Below are positions 1 through 18,814 of a DNA stretch of 64,000 nucleotides, piece after piece. This DNA comes from Octopus vulgaris. Taxonomy: Eukaryota. Under the pieces are notes generated by a model. The model searched no databases. It saw only the letters and a list, made by a program, of their open reading frames with translations, and was not told the origin of the DNA. Position 1 is the stretch's first letter; the number at the start of each line of letters is the position of its first letter. A program made the translations under genes and the position numbers. Location: NCBI GenBank assembly GCA_951406725.2, contig OX597817.1, forward strand, positions 2,914,001 to 2,978,000, in the 5' to 3' direction.

Positions 1-218
1 GTGGGTTACACCATGGTTTCTCTGCTTTGTGGCAGAAGTAGGAAGAAAGAGTGAGAGAAAGTTGAGGTGAAAGAGTACAGCGGGGTTCACCCCGCCGGAG
101 CCTCGTGGAGCCTAGGTATTTTTGCTCAATAAACACTCACAATGCCCGGTCTGGGAATCGAAACCGCATTCTTACAATCGAGAGTCCGCTGCCCTAACCA
201 CTGGGTCATTACGCCTCC
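1..218 (-). mobile_element. tRNA-derived SINE, family C (head GGAGGCGCAATGGCCCAGTGGTTAGG), cut by window edge
   Basis: A/B-box-like head on minus strand; homologous to 4830, 22226 and 41225. Confidence 0.8.
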
Positions 219-1985
219 ACCACTGCTGCTGTTGCTGTTGTTGTTGTTGGTGTTAAGCAACAAGACGGGTAAGGGTGATTAGGTGATGGTCAATGGCTTA
301 GGGGAGGGAGACCCCAGACCTTGGAAAAAAAATCTTTGGTCGTCTTGTTGTAGTCGAGGGCTCTTCGTTGACGCCCGACACCACTGGGAGGTGGCCCTCG
401 AAGTCGCTGGAAATGGAGATCTCCAGGTCCAAATTCTTGGACGGCTGCTGCTGTTGCTGCTGTTACTGCTACTGCTGATGCTGCTGCTGCTGTCGCTAGC
501 AGTGGTGATGCGATGGTGATGATGTTTCTCTTATTGTTATTTAGCCCCCAGGTCAACAATGAGTAAACCCATGATCATGAGGCTGCAGTGATGATCATCC
601 TCTCTTATTTAAAGATGTTTAAAATACCATACGCTATCGAATATGGTATTTTTACAATACCTATGACAGTGTATGCTTTAGAGTATATATGTCTGCTATT
701 TCTTGCAAATCAAGTGAACACGCCGAAGCTCTCTGTTTGTTATGTAATATTGTTTAAACCAAACTCTACTTTGGTGGAAAGGACTTATAATTAACAGTTT
801 TCCACTCTTGACCTTCTGTCTTTTTATTCTGCGCTATCAAATACTGCGCAATCCAACAGAGGACCTTACTGATGAAAATCAGCAATAGGGTTTCGATTTC
901 TCCATTCTTTGTGTTTTTAAAGACAATGACAGTGTACTTTGAAGGGAATTTCGATGCTAATTTTAGCAGCTAGAGCAACCACTTAGACGTTCGTGGTTTA
1001 TGCTATTGTTGTTATTTAGCCCCAGGTCAAACCTGATTAAGCAAATTTAAGATGACTTTTTAGGACAGTCATGGACAAATGTCAACCGCAGTACTTTCTG
1101 AATGGCTTTCCTAGCGAAAAATCACCTTGAATGTTTTCAGTAATATGTTGTAGTTCAGCTGATAATGACTCATGTCTCACGCAGCCCGTTTTTCGAAAAA
1201 GGTTGCCTATGGTTGTTTTTTGAGGTGTGTAAGACTTACAATATCCAACGTCTTTTTCCGTTCTGAGGTTGATTTAGTTGCTATTTCTCACAGGTAAACC
1301 GACCACATATAAGCAAGAAGTTTTTATTTGTGATGTCTATTAGTGGCCATGATGACGAAGGCGTAGTGCGGGATAAAACAGTTGACTAGTCTGTTTAATA
1401 ATAACAAATGAGACTTGATAAAAGAAACATGGTGGATGAAACGAATAAAATCGATGATATGATAAATAAATAACTGACAAAACTGACACAAATGAGTTAA
1501 TGGCTCTTGTTTCCTAAGTGATGCAAGGTTCAAGCTATGTCGGAAACACTGAGTGTATCTTCAATTATTTACTTATGCATGTTTCTATTGATTTTCTTTT
1601 AAATTTACAGTCCTTGAATCTTGCGTAAAAAGCTTAAAAAGCTTAGCCGTCACTTGCAAACGAGTGTGACCTGGTAGCGCATACCTTGTTTTTGCTAATT
1701 GTTTTAGGCGCCTCTATAGTCGTGAGCAGATATAGACACCGTCAATTTCGAGCAATAGAACAAGCGGTGGTATGACAGCTAGAAGGGCGAAAGAGCTGCA
1801 TCAGCAATTGGCTGGTACTCGTTTTTTTTTTTAGCTGAATAGATTGAAGCAACGTGAAACTATGTACCTTGATCAGGGATACAACAGGTAACAGTCCAGG
1901 AATTCAACCCATGGTCCCTACACTCCGTGAGCCCTACACTCAAACCACTAAGCTATTCTCTTTCACAAAATGCCATTCTAAAAGA

Positions 1986-2052
1986 AGTCTCTAGTGAAGA
2001 TCGAACACACGACGCCTAGTTTACAAGACCAGTGCTCTCTCTAAACATTGAA
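1986..2052 (-). pseudogene. tRNA-Thr(UGU) pseudogene
   Basis: Minus strand AGAGCACTGGTCTTGTAAACTAGGCGTCGTGTGTTCGATCTTCACTAGAGACT matches the anticodon arm (TGT) and T arm of eukaryotic tRNA-Thr. The 5' acceptor and D arm are corrupted. Confidence 0.7.
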
Positions 2053-2933
2053 ATTTTAAAAAATGTCTGGAGCTGGGTACCTTTTCCTTCCTATCTCTTA
2101 TTTCTATATGCCTTCACCTAATATCTCTTATGAGCTTTCATCCAGTTTCTATTTATCAAATTTTATTCATAAGGATTTCGTGGAGTCAAGGCTATTGTAG
2201 AAAACATATCGAAAAGGTGTCGCGCAGCTGGAATCGAACCACGGATCATGAAATTGCGAAATGATCGTCTCAGTCACACAGTCATACCCGCGTCTAAGTA
2301 TGATGAGTCTAACGAGGAGCTGCTGCTTCTACTGCTGCCATTGTGGTTGCTGTTGCCGTTACTTTTATTGTTGTTCATCCTCAGGTCTGGTTCGGCAAAC
2401 TATAACCCAAAGTATTCCAACCATGACCACCGCTTTTTGTATACATTGGGTACTACATTGTCAAATATGCCCTTCCTCCTTTTAAGAAGACAGGAGCATG
2501 ATTTACGGGAGATTGGGGAGCTATTTCTAACAGATTGAGTAGCCACATGCAAGCTTCTTTGTTAGTTCGTTCAATATGGATTAATTGTTGTCGTATATCA
2601 ACCACCTCACACACATTATTCAACATCAGAGCCAAAAGCATTGGGAGTCTAATTCTAACCACCAGTTGTACACTCGAAAGGTTCCTTGTTGTTAACTTGT
2701 CAAGACCGACAACAGAACTTCAGCTCATAACTACAAAGTAATGGAGCTTCCGATCTTTGCAACAATGAATTGAAGTTATGGTTCATGTCTCGAATCAACG
2801 GAAGTTGGGTGGCCTTGGCTTAGTTAATACTGGGCAGTGCAATGATGGAGAAACAAATGTCGGGAGTTGAGATCGTATCTCCTCGTGACTCATTCAACCT
2901 CACTTATTCATCATTTTAACATTTATCTCTCAT

Positions 2934-3819
2934 CTTTTATCTTCTTCTTGTTTCAGTCATTGGACAGCAACCATGCAGGGACACCACCTTGAGGGATTTT
3001 AGTCGAGCAAATCGATGCCGGTACTTAATTGTTGTTCTTCTTTTTAAAATTTGGTACTTATTTTATCGGTCCCTTTTGCCGAACCGCTAATGTTACGGGA
3101 GCGTAAACAAACCAGCACCGGTTGTCAAGCAGGGAAAGGCATACATATATACCACACACACATATACACACATATACCGTAAATCCTTGAGTATAATATG
3201 CAGGGGATTTTTAGGGGGCTGTACCTCTGAAAGACCTAAACCTTGTGTATAATACGCACCCCTTCTCTAACTTGAGTCAAGGAGGTCTATATAACGTTCT
3301 TGGTTTGTAAAAATGTATACGGTAACGTCCTTTATTGTTATTGTATATATAACATAATGCAAGCGTGTAGCTTTTTTGTGCATTTTGTTTGCAGAAAAAA
3401 AAAAGAAATAACAGTAATAACGTTTAATAAATGTTGCTAACTGCAAGTTATGGATGATTTAAGTTATTCTCGCTCCCGACGCCACAAAATGCGTCTGAAT
3501 AAACATTGCCGGACAGCCAATAGAGACTCGGACATTGCTTAGAAAATAATTTCGATTTTTAACCCCGTATATAGTACGCATTAGGGATTTTGACCTTTAA
3601 ATTTTTTGGGGAAAAATCTGCGGATTATACTCGAGGATCTACACTATATATATGTGGTGGGTTTCCACGCAGTTGCCGTCTATCGAATTTCTCACAAGAC
3701 ATTAGTTGGTCCAATGCTATTCTAGGAGACATTCGCAACATATCATACATAGAGGAACCGAATCTGAAATCATGTGGTTACTAGGCAATCTTCTTAATCA
3801 CACAACCATACCAACGCCT
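2934..3819 (-). mobile_element. SINE family B split by a nested DNA-transposon MITE
   Basis: 3' half at 2934-3135, 5' half at about 3655-3819, MITE inserted in the internal TA/CA repeat. Confidence 0.75.
3177..3644. mobile_element. Non-autonomous pogo/Tc1-superfamily MITE
   Basis: About 27-bp TIRs CCGTAAATCCTTGAGTATAATATGCAG / CTGCGGATTATACTCGAGGATCTACAC, with TA on both sides. Confidence 0.8.
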
Positions 3820-4182
3820 ATTCAACAAATTTACTTATTCATTTTGCTGTAAAGTACTTTAGTATTCTGTTTTGACAAATGCGATGATGAAGCAGCTTTA
3901 TCGCAAACTCTTTAAATTTTAATTTGTTTACTTGCTTTCTCTGTCATTTTGTCATTTTCCATCTTTACTTAACTGAGACTTTCGTTTTTAGTTTCTTTTT
4001 CATTCCTTTTTCATTTTCTTTTAGCCAAAGGCCTTTCGTACGTCATAAAGAACTGACATTTATCTAACGAAACTGTTGGATCCTACGTCTGGTTATTTAA
4101 ATCAATATTCAGAACTTATCTCGAATTATTTTGACAGTATATTAAAAAAATATTTTCGGGTAAGACTAGAAATATTTAGCTA

Positions 4183-4568
4183 CTAGCAGTATCACCCGGC
4201 GTTGCTCGGGTTTGTTTCGACCCTTTAGAATTGGAATTTTTGAAAAGTAAAAATTTTGCATTATGTTCGCTCTTTAAGCGAACATTTTTCTGGTTGAAAT
4301 ACACCGAAAAATGGCGACACAGCAGTCACAAAATCGTAAAAAAAATAGGGATTTTCATAGAAAAAAAGTACCTTTTTTATGTAAATAATTTTTGGTATTA
4401 ACATGGTCCGATTTGAATTTTATCTTCTACGGAATGAAGAGCAAGCCTTCTTCTATCAAACTCTTAATTTTGGTCAACTTGCGCCGCAGGGTCTCGGAGG
4501 AGATAGTGTTAGTTGAAGGCTACCAAACCTGCCATACACAGACAACTTCAGATTTATATATATAGAGA
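4183..4568 (-). mobile_element. Non-autonomous Helitron
   Basis: Minus strand starts A|TCTCTATATATATAAA and ends with hairpin CCCGAGCAACGCCGGG plus CTAG|T; no TSD. Confidence 0.8.
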
Positions 4569-4829
4569 TATATTTGCTCTAATTTTGGCACGAGGCTAAC
4601 AACTTTTAGATAAGTGAGCAAGTCGAGGGAGCATCGACCCCTGTACTTCTCTTGTACTTTATTTCATTGACCCCTAAAAAATGAAAGTCAAAATTGACGT
4701 CGGCGGTATTTAAACGTAAAGCCAGAAGAAATGTAGCTTATCATCTTGTTCAGCTTATACATAATTATATAATAAAATATAATTATATACAATTAAACAT
4801 AATAATGAATCATTATACTATATCAATGT

Positions 4830-5527
4830 GAAGGCTCAATGGCCCAGTGGTTAGGGCAGCAGACTCGCGGTCTTAGGATTGCGGTTTCGATTCCAGACCG
4901 AGCATTGCGAGTGTTTATTGAGCGAAAACATCTAAAGCTCCACGAGGCTCCGGCAGGGTGTGCTGTACTCTTTCACTACGACTTTCTCTCACTCTATCTT
5001 CCTGTTTCTGTTGTACCTGTATTTCAAAGGGCCCGCCTTGTCACACTCTGTGTCATGCTGAATCTCCCCGAGAACTACGTTAAGGGTACATCTGTCTGTG
5101 GAGTGCTTAGCCACTTGCACGTTAATAAATGAGCTGCGACGTCACTGGTGCCAAGCTGTATTGGCCTTTGCCTTTCCCTTGGATAACATCGGCTTGAATT
5201 TTCATCATTTTGTAGATCACTGCACCTCATTCAAATACAAGACTACCATGTTCAGAAATCCAGTTCCCTTCAATGTCCTTAACCCTTTCTATACTAACCC
5301 GGCTGAAAACTTTTTTGTTACATAAGACCAACCCGGCCAAGAGTACCCATTGTTATTTAAATGTAAATTTGAACACAAATCTCATTAGTACATTCGTGAA
5401 AACATCTGATTTCACTTTGTAAATAGTTGAGTTATTGTATCCAACATAAACAACCTTGCCCAGACTTGTGCCTCGGAGGGTAACTTTCTAGGTGCAATCC
5501 AATGGTCATTCATGACCGAAGGGGTCA
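4830..5527 (+). mobile_element. SINE family C with 3' module, interrupted at about 5194-5444
   Basis: Head ATGGCCCAGTGGTTAGGGCAGC...GGTTTCGATTCC. The 3' module (GGTGCCAAGCTGTAT...CCTTGGATAACATCGG) is shared with the minus-strand element at 18815-19128. Confidence 0.75.
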
Positions 5528-5863
5528 AAATAATATATCAATAATAAATGTGGTTGTGTAGATACTTGATATTCAGTTATGTAGTTTGGGGTTCGATTCC
5601 ATTGGAGTGATGCTGGACATGTGTCTTCTACAATAGTTGTCCAGCAAAGTCTTATGAGTGAAATTTGGTGACAGAAGCAGGTTGAAAGAGCATAGGAGGG
5701 ACATTTCCTGTCATTGTGTGGCATGCAAAGATAAATAAAGTATCTTGCTCAAGGACACAACACTCCTCCATGAATCGAACTCACAACTTTAAGATCGTGC
5801 ACCCAATGCCCTAACCACAAATCCACGCGCGCTTTCATTTCTCTCTCTCTCTCTCTCTCTCTC

Positions 5864-5904
<41 letters not shown>

Positions 5905-6669
5905 TTCCCTAAGCGTCTACTAATACTTGTACCATATAAGATCATTAATAGAATTTCTGAAACACTCTCAAGATGCCTACATGTTTATAAGTGCACTTTC
6001 CGTACAATGCAGTTGGAATGAATTAGAGTAACCGTTACTCAAATTAATAATTATAATTTACCTTAAGGAATAGATGAATTAAATTAAATTCTAGCATACC
6101 CATTCTTATAAATACAAAGTCGCTATTTCAATTCGCTGCGTGAGCGTATGTGAACCAAACCACATGTATGCATATGCTTATATCTTCGTAGGTGTTTGTA
6201 GGAGCGAGTTACATGCGCCATACAACCTAAGCGAGGGCGTTCATATATCCATATCTGTTAACTGTTATACATCCATATCTGTTAACTGTTATATTTAATA
6301 CATTTTTCGTTATTTTGTGTATTGATTTCTTTTTTTCATCTGTTATTTATTATTGATCTTTTATAAAAATGAAGTTGTATCCCTTAATTTTCAGTTTTTC
6401 TATACACAAATCGAGAATATATATTGCGGAACAGTGGTTATTTTAACGAGATACATTTTGTAATCACTTGAAGAGACACATCACCACCGACCGATACTCC
6501 TAAACCAGTTGCTAAGTATCTCTCTCGTGAGGGTTCGATGATAGATGGGTCGAAACAATTGCATCTTCTATCTTCCATCTCTCTCGTTAATCAAATACGT
6601 AACGAACACTGTGAAAGTAAACGTGCTTTACCGGTAAGCTACGAGATTTATACCATACGTTTTATTATC

Positions 6670-6708
<39 letters not shown>

Positions 6709-6711
6709 TAA

Positions 6712-7092
6712 ATATTCTTTTATTCTTTTACTTGTTTCAATCATTTGGCTATGGACATGCTGGAGCACCGCCTTGAATGACGTTTTAATCGAACAAATCG
6801 ACCGCAGGACATATTTTTAAAGCTTGGTATTATTCTATCGCACTCTTTTGTCAAACCGCTAGATTACGGGACGTAAACTCACCAACTCCGGTTGCCAAGT
6901 GGTGATGCGTGGTGCAAACACAGACACAAAGACAAACACACGCATAGATATATTACATATATATATATATATATACACACACACAATCCACTCAGAAGGC
7001 TTTATAGAAGACACTTGCCCAAGGTGTCACGAAGTGGGACAGAACCTGGAAACATGTGCTTGGGAAGCAAGCTTCTTGCCACACAACCCTGC
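6712..7092 (-). mobile_element. SINE family B
   Basis: Reverse complement of family B including the internal TA/CA repeat. Confidence 0.8.
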
Positions 7093-7143
<51 letters not shown>

Positions 7144-7619
7144 CGTGCGTGCGTGTGATTTATTATGGATATTGACAGATGTAAAATTAACCTGAGTGAG
7201 GGAACATGATAGCCTCCACCACATCAAACAACGAGAATAAGGCCGGGAATTATATTCCTCAATATGATTTTAAGTGAAACCTAGAAATATAGATCCTATT
7301 TATGATTAACTCTGAATTACTCTCGTTCAATTTATAATTGTTCTACTGGGATCAATAAAATGTGCGAAAGAGTTCGGTATTCTGCCAAATATGCAAATGA
7401 AAAGATACTATATTTGATGAAACAGTTGTGTGATCCAGTAATTGAAATTTATTAAGCATCTACTTAATTTATTTTGCATCTACTTAAAATTGCAAGAAAT
7501 GTACAAGTCATATGAACCCTTGAGACACACTGTAATGTCGGATTAACAGAGTCGGACAGAGTATTGGATAATCAGATGTGAGTTCATCATACTTATTTCC
7601 ACTGAGTATGATAACTTGA

Positions 7620-7811
7620 GCAAGTGTCTTCTAGAACAGCACCAGGCCGACCAATGTCTTGTGAGTAAATTTGGTAGACGAAACTGTGTAGAAGCGCTCA
7701 TAGTATGTATATATTCTTTTACGTGTTTCGGTCATTTGATTGCGGCCATGCTGCAGCACCACTTTAAAGAGTTTTAGTGGGTGGGAGGGACAAACCCAGA
7801 CACACACACAT

Positions 7812-7860
<49 letters not shown>

Positions 7861-7889
7861 TAGACACACACACACATATATATATATAT

Positions 7890-7936
<47 letters not shown>

Positions 7937-8345
7937 TTGACAACCAATGTTGGCGTGTTTACGTCCCCGTAACCTAGCGGTTCCACAAAAGAGACCGATA
8001 GAATAAGTACAAGAATAAGTCTTATCGATATATATAAAACTATTTAAAGTATATATATATATATATATATATACGACAGGCTTCTTCCAGTTTCCCTCCA
8101 CCAAAGTAAAAATCACTTGTCTAAGGTGCCATGCAGTGGGACTGAACTCGAAACGATGTGCTGGGAAGCCAGCTTCTTTCCACACCGCCATGCTTGTGTG
8201 TGTGGTTGACAATCAGTGTTACTTTGTTTACGACCCGTATTATTGACGGTTCGGTAGAATATCTTTCAAAAAGAAAATAAAATTGTTCGATCCTAATCCC
8301 TCAAAACGGAGTCCCACTATGGCTGCAGTCCAATGACTGAAACAA
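7620..8345. mobile_element. Cluster of family B SINE fragments in both orientations with microsatellites
   Basis: Family B pieces on both strands separated by (TA)n/(CA)n tracts. Confidence 0.7.
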
Positions 8346-8943
8346 GTAAACAACTCGACATACAATTCAAATTGTTTTCTACACTCCATGGATAGAAAAT
8401 ACTCCAGCCGACTCTCTATAAAACTGCAGTTGGCGACTCTTGCTATTTAAGTCAGAGCCAAGTAAGAGTTCCGCATGCATGTACCCTCTTTCCAGCTGTC
8501 TTACCTTTAAAATAAAAGATTTTTACAAAAATATTATTTGTTATTAGTATTCATTTATATATGTATTAAACCTGTATTATATCGTTTCATGCCGGAAACT
8601 CCACTGAGTGAGACCCGCAAAGGAATATCGGATATGTATCTGGGACTGTACAACTATAACTTAATTTTTATGTTCAAATCCCTCTTTCACGGAGCCTCAA
8701 CTCTCAAGAAATCCTTCCTCGCCATATATTTCCTGCAATCACTAACTTACAGTTCTTCAAGTTGGGCAATCAACAACTTCGATCTACTGAAAGAAGAAAA
8801 GCGAGCATAGAACACGTGTTAAGAACTTGTGAAAGTAACCAGGGATAGACTAAACACCTGTCCAGGAAGTAATCTGTCTCTCTCATTTACTTAATTCCAT
8901 GAAAACCGATTGGAAACCAAGGTCTGTCCTTACGTTGTTATTG

Positions 8944-9125
8944 GTTAGTTAGTTAGTTAGTTAGTTAATTTGGCTCAAAAGCAAATAGCAAGGCCATGTA
9001 GGGGGACATGGAGTTAAGTACAGGGTGGTGTTCATGTAAAGAGTTCAGGCCACTTGAGGTCCAGGGAGGCTTTGAACAAAGCGGTCGTCGGCATCTTTAC
9101 CATCTCGTCTGGCAGCTTGTTCCAC
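8944..9125 (-). mobile_element. CR1/L2-type LINE 3' end
   Basis: Minus strand encodes WNKLPDEMVKMPTTALFKASLDLKWPELFT* (typical CR1 ORF2 C-terminus), then a short UTR and (TAAC)n tail. Confidence 0.8.
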
Positions 9126-9256
9126 TCAGTTTATTAAATATATATATATTTTGTTTAGCATTCCAGAAGCCTGAAGGAATCGGGCTCCCGTTAAGGACTT
9201 CCGAAACTTGAAGTAGCTTGGAACCGAATCAAACCGTTTTAAATAATACACGTAAG

Positions 9257-9667
9257 GGATCTTTTCGGTTTGAACGGTAGTTTTTAACATAATTTCTAGG
9301 TAACTGAAAATTTTTTAACTTCGTATACTGGTAGAATGTGTTTATAAAACATCTTTTTCTCTTGGCTCTATTGAGAAAATTCTATAGTTTGTAAGATATT
9401 TGTTGTTCTTTTTCTTCAGTTTCTACAATTTCAACCAATCACTGACGTCCACTGAGGTAAACAACATTCTGTGCCGTATGAATATGTCCCTCGTTTAAGA
9501 AACAGATTGGGTTTATTTACATTTGTGAAGAAAAAAAGATACCCTTCCCCCAACCCTAACCCTAAAATAGATTGAAATGCAATAGATCGATACTAGGGTC
9601 ATAATTATGGGTGACAATTTCATATGACACGGCTAGAAAAAAACTGCCGTTCAAACCGAAAAGATCC
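9257..9667. mobile_element. MITE, Merlin-like, copy 1
   Basis: About 29-bp TIRs GGATCTTTTCGGTTTGAACGG(C/T)AGTTTTT; 8-bp flanks CACGTAAG/CATGTAAC; closely similar to 53611-54022. Confidence 0.85.
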
Positions 9668-9957
9668 CATGTAACTTTTACTAAATGTGTTAAGTGCCCT
9701 TTTCTTTCGTTTGTCCACTCACGTATGTGTGTGCGTGTGTGTGTGTGCGTGTGTGTGTGTGTGTGTGTATACACATATACACACATATAAATAGTGTTAT
9801 ACACTGCTTCAAACATTCTTGAGGAAGCATAGATATCACATTGTCTCGACGGCCCAGTTCTGATCGATCTTATTAAACACGTATACTCATCTGTCACCTT
9901 GGCTTTTCGAATAAATAACATTAACATCAAACCACAGCTGGCTTTCACAGCTATCAC

Positions 9958-10050
9958 CACTTACTACTGCTTCTACTACTACTACTACTACTGCTAGTAA
10001 TAGTATTACTGCTGCTGCAGCTGCTGCACGCGCCCCCGCAGCTACTGCTG

Positions 10051-10099
<49 letters not shown>

Positions 10100-10162
10100 A
10101 GACTAAACCGATAACTAAGCTAGAATAAGAACACCTGCTACATAGATAACGCAGCATCAATT

Positions 10163-10198
<36 letters not shown>

Positions 10199-10333
10199 AA
10201 ATAGTAGTAATAGTAGTGTAGCAGTAGTAGCAGTAGTGAGTGGTAGAATGATGAGGGTGGTGGTGGTGGTGGTGGTGGTGAAAGAGGTGGAATGGGAAAC
10301 GGAAGGGAGGTGCGTATCATGCACAGGTAATAT

Positions 10334-10406
<73 letters not shown>

Positions 10407-10629
10407 GCTGCTGCTGCTATTACTGTTTCTACTTCTATTACAACTATTACTGCTGCTACCGTAACTACAACTACTTTTACTACTGCTACCGCTGCTGCTG
10501 CTGCTACTGATGCTACAACTACTATTACTATCACTAATACTTCTGCTGCTGCAGCTACTACTACTACTACTACTGCTGCAACTATAACAGTAACTACTAC
10601 TACTACTACTGCTGCTGCTACTACTACTA

Positions 10630-10661
<32 letters not shown>

Positions 10662-10704
10662 ACTGCTACTGCTACTACTACTTCTAATACTACTACTGCT
10701 GCTG

Positions 10705-10736
<32 letters not shown>

Positions 10737-10895
10737 GCTACTACTACTACTACTACTACTACTACTGCTACTACTACTACTACTACTACTACTACTGCTA
10801 CTACTACTACTGCTGCTGCTGCTGCTACTGCTACTGCTACTACTACTTCTAATACTACTACTACTACTTGTACTACTACTGTTACTGCTGCTGCT
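9958..10895. repeat. Compound (ACT)/(GCT)/(AGT) trinucleotide array
   Basis: Directly visible; gives rise to the spurious poly-T/A, poly-S and poly-V ORFs. Confidence 0.95.
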
Positions 10896-10919
10896 GTTGC
10901 CTTGAATCGTCATAAATGA

Positions 10920-12050
10920 CAGACATTAACAGAGAGATAGAAAGAAGAGATGAAAGAAAAATATGAAGAAATCAAATGAATGAGTGAATGAATGAAACGA
11001 TGACAATGAAAAGGAGAATAAGTGAAGCTTCTCGAACAAAGAAGAAAAATATAAAAGAAAGAAATAATGCGAAAGAAAAACAGAAAGCATGAAAGAGAAG
11101 AAAGAGTGAAGGGAATGATGATAGGAGAAAGAAAGAAATATAGTGCGAATGAAATTAATAAAAGAGAGGAGAAGGGAATGACAAAGTGTGGAGCTGGATG
11201 ATGAATACGAAGAGAAGGAATTGGAAATTATTAAGGAGAGGGAATGAATGAAAGGAATGAAAGAAAAAGAAAGAGAGAAATGAAAAATATATTTAGGGTT
11301 GATAAGGAAGGGTAATAGAGAACAATGATTGGAGAGAGAAAGAGGGAGAAAGTGCAAAAGAAGGAAAAGAAGGAAAAAGAAGGAAAGTGTGAAAGAAAAG
11401 AATGATGAAAGAGAATGTAAGATTGTGGGTAAGATATGAGGAAGAGAAAGAGAAAAAATAAATGATAGAAAAAGTGAAAATAGCGAAGGGGGGGAAGAAA
11501 AAAGAAAAATGGGGGTAGATATGAAGGAAAGAAAAGAAGAAAAGAAAGAGTAGTTATGGTTATAGAAAAATGAATGGATGAAAAAGAAAATTAGAGATTA
11601 TAAAAGAAGGGGGAGGACGAATGTGTGAGAGGAAGAGGGTGAGTGAAAGAGAAAGAAAGAGAGAGTATGAAAGCAAAAGTAAAGAAAGAGACGAAGAGAA
11701 TATATAATGAATGAAAGAGGTGGTGGTGGGGGGGGGGAGCGATAAGGAAAAGTGACGAGAGAAAAGACGAAGGAAAGAGAAAAGCAAAAACGAGAAATAC
11801 GAGATTAGGAGGAGGAGGAGGAGGAGAAGGAGGAAGAGGGGTGGTGGGGGGAAGGGAAGAACGAAGAGAAAGGCTAGAAATAATAATAAAAAGAAAAAAA
11901 GAAAACAAAAGGGGGAAAGGAAGAGCGAAACAACAAGGGAGGGAGGGGGGAATGAATAATCGGAGGGTGGGGGTGGGAGTGAAAGAAAAAGAGAGCGAAG
12001 AGTGGAGGGGGGAGAGTTGTATGTGTGTAAGTGAAAGAAGGTGGTGGCGG
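10920..12050 (+). repeat. 1.1-kb purine-rich (GA) low-complexity tract
   Basis: Plus strand mostly A/G, with G-runs towards the 3' end. Confidence 0.9.
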
Positions 12051-12059
12051 AGACGAGGC

Positions 12060-12225
12060 TGTTGGATTGTGTTTTGCCACCGAATCAGCTCAGCCTTTCT
12101 CTCTCTCTCTATTCTAATACGGACGTTTTACAAGACGAAGTGTAAGGCAGCCAGTCAGTCGGTCGACGGTTTTACAACGGCACTGGCATCTATCAACCCC
12201 CAGTAGTAGTAGTAGCAAAGCTAAG
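12060..12225 (+). other. Candidate non-coding first exon
   Basis: Unique, CpG-retaining sequence right after a 1.1 kb purine-rich tract, ending in consensus donor AAG|GTGAGT at 12226. Confidence 0.4.
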
Positions 12226-12229
12226 GTGA

Positions 12230-18105
<5,876 letters not shown>

Positions 18106-18109
18106 ACAG

Positions 18110-18768
18110 GTGTGTAGTGTGTGATCGTCACATTGACCATGACAGAGAAAGTTGCCAAAATCTTGGCGATACCTTCTCAGAGGCCTACGCAAAATTTTCA
18201 AAAAGTTTTCATTATTCTCAACACAATCAAGGAGATCTTGTGCAACTGAAACCCGAGTGTCTTTTTGGTCAACCCAAAGTAGTTTTCGCACAAACTTAGC
18301 AGACACTCATCTCATAGCCAAATCTTCAGTGATAATGGGACTGAACTGAACCGTAACCTGCTCATTCTCTGATAACTCATGGATTTCCCCTCACTGCTGC
18401 ACGCACATGTTTTTCTGTTTTCTGCTGGTTGCGCGTCTCCAAGAACGTTCGACAATACCGACATTTCTTCGGAATCGTCTGAACCACTCCTACACTTGTG
18501 TGCGACTCATACACTCCAGTCCATACACTTTCGAAAACTCTGCCTAGACCTTACCATGACAACTTTCTCTGTCATGGTCAGTGCGACGATCACACGCTAC
18601 ACACGTTCCTTCCAAGCACTGCTGTAAACAGCGGAAGTGAGCTAGAACGTAAGAACTTAGTGCGCATGCACAGTAGAGCTCAAGGTCAACCTTTGGCAAG
18701 CGGTTTCACTCTACGTGCTTTAGCTTTGTTACTGTGGCAACAGCCTTGATACTTACTGATCAGACTCG
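18110..18768 (-). mobile_element. Rearranged mariner element with transposase N-terminal remnant
   Basis: TIR-like TA|CGAGTCTGATCAGTAAGTATC at the right end. Minus strand encodes MTEKV...SKVYGLECMSRTQV*EWFRRF...[45 protein letters not shown] (mariner HTH and linker region). Confidence 0.85.
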
Positions 18769-18814
18769 TATATATATATATATGCATGTGTGTGTGTGTG
18801 TGTCTATGTAAATA

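Noticed and set aside
2535-2890. Possible RTE-type RT C-terminal relic on the minus strand
   Set aside because: Motif resemblance too weak to support by eye.
4839-5325. ORFs overlapping SINE copies (also 26254-26821, 33922-34185, 47124-47395, 51252-51485)
   Set aside because: Chance frames within multi-copy non-coding SINEs.
6528-6572. Hammerhead-like TCGATGA...TCGAAACAATTG
   Set aside because: Palindromic stem III is suggestive, but the core, stem II and U16.1 are all altered; at most a decayed PLE relic.
10236-10919. 227-aa Thr/Ala-rich mucin-like ORF and the antisense poly-Ser and poly-Val ORFs
   Set aside because: Direct translations of an ACT/GCT microsatellite; no signal peptide, splice context or synonymous codon variation.
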